Assembly (NCBI RefSeq): GCF_902459465.1
Contig: NC_047072.1
Span: forward strand, 16,988,001-17,052,000
Length of the DNA: 64,000 bases
Origin: Asterias rubens
Taxonomy: Eukaryota
Reading direction: 5' to 3'
A program made the position numbers and the translations under genes. Positions 25,775 through 34,987 of the stretch are shown one piece after another (positions within the stretch are counted from its first letter, which is position 1; each line of letters opens with the position of its first letter). The notes below the pieces were generated by a model. That model was not told the origin of the DNA, searched no databases, and saw only the letters and a program-made list of their open reading frames with translations.

Positions 25775-25930
25775 CCCAGTTGTACACCGATGCTTTTTTG
25801 CACTGTATTCTCAGCATTTTCCCGAGCTCTGTGAAAACATTCACAAGCATTACTCGGGTGGGATTCAAACCCACGACCTTTGCAATTCTAGAGCAGTGTC
25901 TTACCAACTAGACCACCAGGATTGCTCGGT
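25775..25930 (-). mobile_element. tRNA-derived SINE
   Basis: Reverse complement has A-box TGGTCTAGTTGG and B-box-like GGTTTGAATCC. Same family as 33757-33885, about 32300-32400 and about 33560-33665. Confidence 0.75.
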
Positions 25931-26272
25931 AGCTATAGAGGCAAGACGAGGCCGCTCCAAAAGGTATCCCTAATGTTGGCCACAGTTGTCATGATTTTTT
26001 GTTTCATCTGTTCAGTTTTTGTTAGGCGAACTTGCATGCGGTGTCAAGGATTGGAGGCCAAATCGCGGTTTGGATTATTGTCGTGTGTTCAAATCGTCGC
26101 TCTTACCACTTCTGTCGACAAATTGCAAATCGTACATAATATTATGTATTTTGTTTTATACTCATTACTGTTGACATTTTTCAGTAAGTTTCCGTACCTA
26201 GTAGTTTGTTTCGTAATTGCGAAAAATATATAATTACGTTTGTGTTCAGGATTGAAAAACACTAAACAGTTC

Positions 26273-26452
26273 CTGGGGTCGATTTCACAAAAAGTTAGGA
26301 CTCTCGTCTTATCTCAAGTTAGGACGAGTAACTCGTCCTAATTTACGATTAATCTTAATGTCTGCATGCTGCAGTGCAGGGTTGGGACTCGTCCTAAGTC
26401 CGAAGATTAGTCTTAAGTTTAGAAGAGTTTTGTGAAATCGACGGCTGTACAA
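26273..26452. mobile_element. Harbinger-like MITE (GGGGTCGATTTCACAAA termini)
   Basis: Inverted termini with internal TTAGGAC/GTCCTAA motifs. Relatives at about 34245-34385 and 61275-61436. Confidence 0.7.
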
Positions 26453-26503
26453 ATAAAATACATGTAGTCAGTTTGGTCAGATTTAGCATCTTTGAACAAT
26501 TTA

Positions 26504-26634
26504 GAGCAAGTTTGAGTGAGGCACCATAGGCGACCATTGGTTGATTTTGCCTGGTTACCTATGCATTCAATACATCCTGGGTACCAGGCAAAATCAACCA
26601 ATGGTCGACTATAGTGCCTCACTCGAACTTGCTC
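26504..26634. mobile_element. PIF/Harbinger-like MITE with TTA target duplication, just after the Ig-gene stop
   Basis: TTA-GAGCAAGTTTGAGTGAGGCAC ... GTGCCTCACTCGAACTTGCTC-TTA; the interior is also palindromic. Confidence 0.8.
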
Positions 26635-26661
26635 TTATACTTTGAATTCAACAGTTATTAT

Positions 26662-28572
26662 TTACATCGGTGGTAGTTCAACCGAGCGAGCACGGTGCAT
26701 ACCGTGTTCAGGCACTTCGAGTGTCGAACGGTGGTTAGATGTTGAGCTTGTAGGTAGTGGGTTGCCAGCAGCAGAGGGCGCACCGGGAGACGGTGGTCCT
26801 TGCCTGGACGGCGCCTCACGCGACTCGTCCCCTCTATTCCGCACTATTTGAGCGTACACCAGTCGTTCTCCTCGTGGGGTCGGACTTCGGGAGTCCATCG
26901 ATGACGACGCGGCAAAGTCCAAACCCGAATCAGAAAGTCCAGAGTTCCGAGTAGGAGTTTGAACCTCCGAGTATTCGGCGTGGCTGTTGCTTCGATTCAT
27001 ACCGGCACTTGGCGGGCTTCCACCTCGCCGGAAATGGTCTCTGTTGCGCGTTCGACGCTGTTGGTACTGCTGGTGTCCGGTTGTTTCCTCTGGCCTTATC
27101 CTATCCGTTTCTAGCCTACCGTTGGGCGTGGATTGGTAAAAGTTAGGGGAAGTTGTACGGTAGTTCGACGATGGAGTGCGATAGTTTGGCGAGGGGGTGT
27201 GCTTAGAGTGCGGACGGCTCTCACCGCTCGAGTTATGATGAGAGGTGTTCAGAGTTTGGTCAACAGGGGGCGGCGTTCGTATCGCTCTCGTGACGTAGAA
27301 GTCCGTAGAGTCAGGTTCACTGAGACGACGTGATCTGGTAGGGGAGGGGGACATGCCGTAGTTTTCGGCCGCTGACCAGGTGCTGTTCAAACTATTAGGG
27401 GATAAAACGCGTCGCCGCCCTCCTTTCTTGTTGCAACATGTCCGGCAACACGGGCAGAGGTCAAGGGTCATGATTGCAATAAAGAGGAGTAAGAGAACAA
27501 GGGTGACTATCACAGAGCAAGGAATTAACCACAGTAAAAGTTCCTCCTGTGTTATATACACTAACGCTGCGTCCTCTTGTCTGATAAGACTTACCGCTCT
27601 GCTGGAACCAACGGTATTTGTGACCTCACATATCACGGATACTTCACCCGTTGGAACGACCAAGTTACTGATGAGAATTTCTGGGTCTCCTTCTGCATTC
27701 TCTAACAAGTCAATACCGTCGGATAGTGCGTTCACTGCGTTGCCGCGGTAGTACCACTGGTAGGAAACAGGGGAGGGGTTAGCAGCGCTTGTACGGCAGG
27801 AGAAGCGAGCATTGTCTCCTGTCTTTGCTAATAAGACGGTTGGGGTGATTGAGACAATGGGACGATGCTGTACATCTAAGACACCCGTTGTGCATGAGCG
27901 TGTATCCCTACCGGGTGTGGATGCTATACACTGATAATTAGACATGTCATCCCCGTAAGTTAGTGTTATGGTATGCCGCCTTATGAAGTATCCGTCTCGG
28001 TAAACTTGCTTGGTGTTAGACAACAAAGCTGGTGTGTCCAGTCGCTCCCAGCTCAAAGCAGGCCGAGTGGTCGAGTTATTGAGGTACGCACAAGTCAACT
28101 CGACCACGTCTCCTTCCGTTAGAGCGTCGTGGATACTCAGCACACATACGGGAAACTCCTCCACTGGAAAGTCTACGACGTTGAGCAGGGCTGGCTGAGA
28201 TGTTAAGTTCGATTGTGCACCGACAGATGAAGTTACTTTGCACTCGTACCTCCCTTGGTCTTTCTTAGCTACCCCAGTCAGTTGTAAATTATACTCTCCG
28301 AGGGTAGTGTTCCCGAAGATAGCCCGGGGTGCCTCACCCTCTGAAGACCCGAGCTGGGGTTGATTTTCACGGGCGAAAATATGAGAGTCCTTCAACCAAA
28401 ATACTAGCCCACTCTTATCCGCGATGCGGCAGTAGAACGTCGCACTCTCCCCTAACAGGGCGAAAGTGTTTCGAGGCTGGGTGATAAAAGATTGTTCTTG
28501 GCTCAGAGCTAGTTGTGATAACTGTAGAACGAGGAGCCCAATCAAGATCATACTGACATTATCACCAATCAT
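26662..28572 (-). CDS. Single-coding-exon Kirrel/nephrin-like Ig-superfamily type I membrane receptor (signal peptide, 3 Ig domains, TM, long disordered tail), about 636 aa
   Basis: Uninterrupted 1.9-kb ORF; first ATG at 28572 (the track starts at an upstream TTG). Hydrophobic leader MILIGLLVLQLSQLALS. Ig1 QPRN..ATFYC..GLVFWLKD..GNTTLGEYNL..DQGRYEC resembles Kirrel Ig1. Ig2 ELTC..SW..YQC; Ig3 RFSC..YQWY..ICEVTNTVG. TM LLLWLIPCSVIVTLVLLLLFIAIM is followed by CPCCRTCC. Confidence 0.92.
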   Translation of the reverse strand: MIGDNVSMILIGLLVLQLSQLALSQEQSFITQPRNTFALLGESATFYCRIADKSGLVFWLKDSHIFARENQPQLGSSEGEAPRAIFGNTTLGEYNLQLTGVAKKDQGRYECKVTSSVGAQSNLTSQPALLNVVDFPVEEFPVCVLSIHDALTEGDVVELTCAYLNNSTTRPALSWERLDTPALLSNTKQVYRDGYFIRRHTITLTYGDDMSNYQCIASTPGRDTRSCTTGVLDVQHRPIVSITPTVLLAKTGDNARFSCRTSAANPSPVSYQWYYRGNAVNALSDGIDLLENAEGDPEILISNLVVPTGEVSVICEVTNTVGSSRAVSLIRQEDAALVYITQEELLLWLIPCSVIVTLVLLLLFIAIMTLDLCPCCRTCCNKKGGRRRVLSPNSLNSTWSAAENYGMSPSPTRSRRLSEPDSTDFYVTRAIRTPPPVDQTLNTSHHNSSGESRPHSKHTPSPNYRTPSSNYRTTSPNFYQSTPNGRLETDRIRPEETTGHQQYQQRRTRNRDHFRRGGSPPSAGMNRSNSHAEYSEVQTPTRNSGLSDSGLDFAASSSMDSRSPTPRGERLVYAQIVRNRGDESREAPSRQGPPSPGAPSAAGNPLPTSSTSNHRSTLEVPEHGMHRARSVELPPM

Positions 28573-29917
28573 TTTGACCAAGTATGATGTATAATTTCAT
28601 GAGTACGATTTGATGTTTGGATCACAGAAACCAAAGATGTCCGACTGGAGTGCAGATGTTGATTGCAAGGACGGATGCACAATACACGGCCATTTTGACG
28701 AGAACAATGCCGGCTATGATAAAGCACTCCAACACCTGTCGTCACTACACGGCTAAATACAGTCCAAATATCCAATATTATAAAGGCACAATCAACAGCT
28801 ACATTCGATGAAACAAACTTCTCCTGAAATTTCCTCGGAAGATGTTAATAATATCATTATCTTCATCCACAAATTTGAAACTGGGTGGTTTAAAGGATCA
28901 CCGGTAATTCTAATAGGATTTCCATGGTATACATAATAAATTACTGCTAACATAATACATTATTGACAATGCAACAGTTAAGGTCAGTCGCTGGTACACC
29001 GCGTCGTTAGCGACGACAGCTTTCACTATGCGTTGCTAGCGTTGTATCGCTTCATTGCACACCACGGACCCTACCTGTAGAATCAACGGCTGTTTTATGT
29101 ATTGCTGTGCCAACTGTGATTGCTGCAGTAAAAGTTGAGCCTTGTATGGTACAAAAACCCTTGCAATTTTCCTTAACAATGAACAATGAAGAATGACTAG
29201 ATTTCAAGCATCATTTTTAGTTAGTGTTCGTGTTCGAGGTGAACACCTCGTATTGTTATACCTTTTCTAAAATTAAAATATTACATAGAACAGCCGTTTT
29301 TATTTGATCAATATTGGTATAACGGCGGTTTTTTTTGTAAGCGTATTCATTTGCTAATATCCATTTCTGTAGAATAAAAATGCATACCAAATAAACCACT
29401 CGCTAAATGGACGACATCGTTCTACGAAATACACAGGATGTGTGATCAAGCAACCGTAGCTGTTAGTGGTCTTTATTAATTCATATTAATAATAGTGCCG
29501 CGAAACATTGTATGTCAGCTGTTTACACCATCATGGAATTCTACCTCCATGTTTAAACCGAGTATTAATAATTGAACGTGGCCATAGGGACTCATTGGTT
29601 TATATGGCTGATGGGGGGGGGGGATTTGTCTGGATTCTTCAGATAACAACAACCCATTTTAACCCTGGGTATTTTTTCTTCTTCTTTTTATCATACTATC
29701 TGTGTTCGTTATACTGTGCCAGTTTTCCCCTGACTTGTTGCCCAAATTGGGAGAGCGTTTCCCCCTTTCTACCCCTGGATCGCATCATGCCTCTGGATTT
29801 TGTTTGTATGTTTCCACGGTTTTTCCATGGTCTTATCTTCGCCACTGCGTATTTTTTACTCTCTTTTTAATGGAAGGATTACAAAAACAGCAATAAACAA
29901 CCTAATAACTACATTAA

Positions 29918-30292
29918 CGGCAGTGGACACTATTGGTAGTTACTCAAAATAATATTTAGCATAAATCCTTTCTTGTGACGAGTAATGGAGAGCTGTTGAA
30001 AGTATAAAACATTGTGAGAAACGGCTCCCTCTGAAGTGCAATAGTTCTCGAGGAAAGAAGTAATTTTCCACAAATTTGATTTCGAGACCTCAGATTTAGA
30101 ACTTGAGGTCTCGAAATCAACCATCTAAACGCGCACAACTTCGTGCGGCAAGGGTGTTTCTTCTTCCATTGTTATCTCGCAAGTTCGATGACCGATTGAG
30201 CTCAAATTTTCACACGTTTATTTTATGCATATTTTAAGATACACCAACTGTGAAGGCTAGTTTTTGACAATTACCAATAGTGCCCACTGCCT
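29918..30292 (-). mobile_element. Kolobok-like MITE, reverse orientation
   Basis: TTAA flanks, family TIRs and interior. Confidence 0.85.
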
Positions 30293-31260
30293 TTAAACAC
30301 AAGTACTCATCCCGAACCAACAAGGGAAGCTTGGGGAGGCTCCAGAACTTGTCTATCATCTGTCTAAAACTGTAAAATGGGTTGGGCTGGGGCGGCACGT
30401 ACGTACACACCAAATGGGTCTGTTTCTAAACTAATTGAAGTAAAATGTTACAGGATTCGTAAGGTTACATTTTGACGAAACATGTGTATTTCATCCAATA
30501 GCCACATATTTTTCGGAGATGGGCACTTAATCGCATGCCACACCAGTCGGGTGCCGGAAAAAGACCGCTCCGAGTCCATTGGGCTCGCTCTCCTTTCACA
30601 GGCATACTGACTATAACAACCTCACAACTTCTATGAACTTATATAAAAATACGAACTCGTCTGTTTAAAAGGAAGTCAATTTCCTTTCGTTTTCGAAGAA
30701 CTGTTTTTGTTGTCAATGAGTTACACGACTGCGATACGCTGAAGTACTCTCAAATTATCCAATAGAGCGCCCTCTTCTGACTTTCACTTTCGCTTTAGGC
30801 TCTCCTGGAACAAAACACAAAATTATAAAGTAAATGTTAGTTGGAAATATTAACACTAGATTTGATTAACTATTATTATTAGTCGTATTCTTTTATCATT
30901 TTTGTGTGAAATTCAGCAAATCAAGAGCAAAAAACGAAGCACAAAACAAAGAATTTCTGAAGGACTACTCAAGGGTTTATTATAATTAATTGGGTGCAAT
31001 CTAGTGTCCAAAAGTATTGTTTTTTGTATGTTGGTGTTTCATCAAGATTCTTTTGGAAAAATTATAAAATAATTTTAAAAGTTAAAACTTTAACACCCGA
31101 CATTTAGATCCCAATGATAATTAAAATGACAAAGTGGTGGACTGAGTCCACCACTTGGTAAGAAAATCAAGTCACGTGATACCAACACCGACCCTTTCGA
31201 CAACGAGTATATTAAAATAGAAGTTATAATTAATAATCACACCTGGCAATCATGACGTCA

Positions 31261-31464
31261 TCATCCATTATTATTCACTATGGTGCCGTTCTGGTCCTTG
31301 ACTGTCGACAGCTCCATGACGTCATTATGACGTGAGTTCCTCTCCAAGTCAATGCAGCATTCAGTTGAGCAGAACCTCCGTAGAATTAAATTTAAAATTA
31401 GTCCAATAACTACAACCAAACCGAGAAACACCAAATCTATCACCAGAATAAACATGTACTTCAT
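31261..31464 (-). CDS. Putative 67-aa single-pass membrane microprotein (or terminal TM exon of an unresolved gene)
   Basis: MKYMFILVIDLVFLGLVVVIGLILNLILRRFCSTECC...: a hydrophobic stretch of about 24 aa, then RR and a Cys cluster. In-frame stop 8 codons upstream of the ATG. Candidate donor CAG|GTGTGA at 31243 and acceptor TTCCAG at 30805 in the 3' UTR. No recognised homologue. Confidence 0.4.
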   Translation of the reverse strand: MKYMFILVIDLVFLGLVVVIGLILNLILRRFCSTECCIDLERNSRHNDVMELSTVKDQNGTIVNNNG

Positions 31465-31524
31465 GTCGATGGCGTCCGTCGCTGAGTCTGGTTAATTCAC
31501 GATGATTCTCAACTACCTGATGTC

Positions 31525-31563
31525 TTCCTGAAGACAAGCAGAGTATACTGTTCGAAACGTCGA
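31525..31563 (+). ncRNA. Degenerate minimal type I hammerhead-ribozyme motif (Penelope/retrozyme-like repeat)
   Basis: TTC-CTGAAGA-C-AAGCAG-AGTATA-CTGTTC-GAAAC-GTC-GA. Core CUGANGA at 31528-31534, stem II, GAAA at 31554, GUC site at 31559-31561. Stem I is only about 2 bp here. Related copies at 4801-4838 (minus) and possibly 31766-31794. Confidence 0.55.
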
Positions 31564-33290
31564 TACAACACCGGCTCTTCTCAGAGCCAACACTCACACA
31601 AAAGAGATTTACACATGGTTGTATTCGCAAGTTTACTATTAATTATAGTCTCTTCCTATTTATCCACACCATGCGAAGCATCAACCAATACTTAATACAT
31701 GTTATAGTCTTCTAGTACAATGTCCAGCTGATCGTAGATTTCACTGTGCGGACTTCCTGTTCACCCTCCTCAAGACGAGTATGCATGTACTTCGTTTCAA
31801 AACTTCACAATGTCAATCCGTGGAAGAATGGTGGAACGAATTAGACTCATGTTTTTATAACCAGTAATGTGAGTTCAAAAATGTCCTTTAGCAATGTGTT
31901 TGAGAGGGAAATTCCACTTTGTAATCTCCGAGGAAATCAAGGTAAAAAACACAACTCACACAAAGGACCAAGCACCATGTTCACCGTTTTGTTGTGTCAA
32001 GCATGCATGGATGATCACACAAAACATGGTTTGTGGGCATGGTTTGAAAAGAAATTTCCTCTTTCTATCTTCGAGGAAATACATTTTGCTGTATACCTCT
32101 GATAAAAATAACAAGTGTATATATTACTAAATAAACCGGATATGGAAAGTGAAAGCAATCGGTTTAATTATCACGGAATGTACTTTAATATGTAATGGGA
32201 TGATGTCTGTGATAACACAAGCATGACATTTTGACACACACATTCTTAGCATGACCAAATGCATTTTGGTTATTATAAGCAGAATTTACTTTTTGGTTTT
32301 TACCCATATACACCGATGTGTGTAGCACTGTATACTCAGTACTTTCCCGAGTCCTGTGAAAAAAATCACAGGCATTTTACTCGGGTGGGAATCGAATATT
32401 TTGCGATGGGCCCTTGTAGTTTTTTTCAAAATCTTTTTTCATGAAAAAATTTGACAGTGTGCCAAATGCTTGTTTTATCAAAGGTTATACATCCCGCAAT
32501 GTCAGAAAGTGTTAATGAAAGAAACGAAATAATCATACATACATGCCGACTACAATATACTTCTCAGATTGCTGAAAAGTCTGTTTCTTTAATGTCAATC
32601 CGGCTAATGGCTGTAGCCATAGCAAAAGTCGCTTGCCTCTCACACGGATCTATCTTGGCCGAAGTAAGAATTTGAGGTTTGGTAATCCCTCTTAAAACTA
32701 ATGCCAATACAATTGTACTTGGTTAGAAACCTCATTAACTTCTCACTCAAATATTTGAATCTGATTAAGATTTTCAGGCTTGACGTCTTTCTCAGGCATC
32801 ATCAAGCAGGCAAATTTGTGCAGCAAGAGTGTTTTTTCTTTCAATATATAAGTCTGGCAACTTCGATTGAGCTCAAATTTTCACAAGTTAGTTGTTTCAC
32901 GCATTTATAAGTTGGGAAACCCCAAGTTAGAATACTGGTCGTTGACAATGGACCCTTTTTATGAAATATGCTAATTACATTCACGCATGTGAACAGACCC
33001 TGTTGGTTTGGCAAACGCAATAGAGTTGTGCACTGAGCAGACGCACAATTTACATATTTCATGAAAAGGGCCCATTACCAATCGTGTCCAGTTCCTTTAA
33101 AATCTGAAAGTTAGGCCGTGCCCGAAACGTCTAGATCAGCGCGTCTACCAGTGTTGAAGAATAGGCAGACGCGCGCGATCTAGCCGTAGCTGTAGCCGAA
33201 GTCGCCGTTTCGGACACGGCCTTAGAAACTTGTATATGATTTAGTCGGGTTCCCTCCTTTGGTATCATTAATAAATTTGTCATTCTACAG

Positions 33291-34127
33291 TCAAACGTAG
33301 TGAAGATTTTGTGAATATCAAGCTGGACCGCAAAGTACCAGACCGAGAGACAAACTCTGAGGGACTGGGTTTGACTATGATCGAGGCAGGAAATGAACTC
33401 GGACCTGGAACCCAGTATGGTAAGTTCGTTCACCCTTTCATACACTGTATATCTGTACACAGTTGTGCCACAGTTTAATTTAAAATTTGTCGTGACAAGT
33501 ATCGTGGACGGGACTATTTGAGGCGTGACTAGAGGAGTGGTAATCTTAGGTTGTGTTTTTGAATCCCACCCGATTAACATGCCTACTGTGATTCTTTTCA
33601 CAGAACTCGTGAAAGTACTTAGTATACAATGCTAACACACATCACTGTATAATATGGCTAAAACCAATTCTTCATCTCCGATGCAAATTTAACATCTTTT
33701 AAATCGTTGCAGTACCCGCTGTTAAAACATAGGATTCGAACTGCCTCTTGCTACCGGCCATTCTCGGTGGTCTAGTTGGTAAGACACTGCTCTAGAATTG
33801 CAAAGGTCTTGGGTTCAAATCCCTCCTCTCACAGAACTCGGGAAAGGACTGAGTATACAGTGCTAACTTACATCAGTGTATCTGGGGAAAAAAAACAAAT
33901 TGAAATTTCACTAGTCGCCCAGGCCTATAGCCTTTAATGCTTCAATGTAAGATCTTTGTTAAATCGAGCACTTGGTGTTTTTTTTTCCTACAGGTGCAGC
34001 CCTGGTTCTGGTGGGCACCACCCAGAAGAAGCTCGGCCAGTTCGAGAAGGAATTTCTGCAGACGGCCGTCACCAGCTTCAATAATCCGCTGCATAATTTC
34101 CTGGACAATGATATGAAAACTATCACT
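33291..34127 (+). CDS. SH3GLB1: Endophilin-B (SH3GLB1/2-like) BAR-domain exons, two exons only
   Basis: Exon 33291-33419 (129 nt; ttctacag / gtaagt) encodes KRSEDFVNIKLDRKVPDRETNSEGLGLTMIEAGNELGPGTQYG. Exon 33994-34127 (134 nt; cctacag / gtaaga) encodes AALVLVGTTQKKLGQFEKEFLQTAVTSFNNPLHNFLDNDMKTIT. The two splice in frame and resemble the endophilin B1 segment KLDRK..MIDAGTEFGPGTAYGNAL..PLRNF.EGD.KTI. Other exons were not found by eye. Confidence 0.85.
33757..33885 (+). mobile_element. tRNA-derived SINE between the two endophilin exons
   Basis: A-box at 33768-33779 and B-box GGTTCAAATCC at 33812-33822, followed by a non-tRNA body. Confidence 0.75.
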
Positions 34128-34534
34128 GTAAGAAGCCTTGGATCTTGCCTTTGTTAGAGTGTAGCTATCATGTTTGTTTATCTTTCTCCCTCTCTACCCT
34201 CTAGCCTCCCCCCACCCCTTTTTCCTGCCTGTCTAAAAGGCCTGCGGCCGATTTCACGAAACGCTAGGATTAGTCCTATCTCGAGTTAGGACGAGCAACC
34301 CGTCCTTAGGATGGGTTCAATTCTTCCTATGTATTTGGATACGGAACTGAACCCGTCCTAAGTCCAAAGATGAGAAAAGAGTTTGGCAGTAGACACTATT
34401 GGTAATTACTCAAAAGAATTTTTAGCACAAAACCTTACTTGGTGAACGAGTAGTGGGGAGCTGTTGATAGTAAAATACATTTTGAAAAACGGCTCCCTTT
34501 GTAATTATTTTCTTAAGTTAAACTTGCTGCTTAA

Positions 34535-34913
34535 AGGCAGTGGACACTACTGGTGATTACTCAAAATAGTCATTAGCATAAAACCTTACTTGGTGACGAG
34601 TAATGGGGAGAGGTTGATGGTATAAAACATTGTGAGAAACGGCTCCCTCTGAAGTGCCAAAGTTTTCGAGAAATAAAGCATTTTCCACGAATTTGATTTC
34701 AAATCCCTCAAATTTAGAACTTGAGGTCTCAAAATCAACCATCTAAACGCACACAACTTTGTGTGACAAGGGTGTTTTTTCTTTCATTATTATCTCGCAA
34801 CTTCGATGGATGATTGAGCTCAAATTTTCACAGCTTAGTTATTTTATGCATATGTTGAGATACACCAACTGTACAGGCTAGTCTTTGACAATTACCAAAA
34901 GTGTCCACTGCCT
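34535..34913 (-). mobile_element. Kolobok-like MITE, reverse orientation (partial copy also at about 34385-34500)
   Basis: TTAA flanks, family TIRs. Lies 75 bp beyond the stop of the PAN-F5/8 gene. Confidence 0.85.
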
Positions 34914-34987
34914 TTAAGTAGGTATTATGACATTGTGGCTTGGTTCTTATTATTTTGCCAAGGTGACGTCTTAAAGGTGCGTGGAAC

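Noticed and set aside
27133-28198. Plus-strand ORFs overlapping the Ig gene
   Set aside because: Antisense shadows of a GC-richer coding region.
32568-32663. 96-nt segment with good acceptor and donor (possible poison exon for endophilin)
   Set aside because: No homology, it contains repeat-like GGCTGTAGCC sequence, and the upstream endophilin exon is not located, so the phase argument is untestable.
33131-33601. 156-aa minus-strand ORF
   Set aside because: It is the antisense shadow of an endophilin exon plus SINE/MITE fragments.
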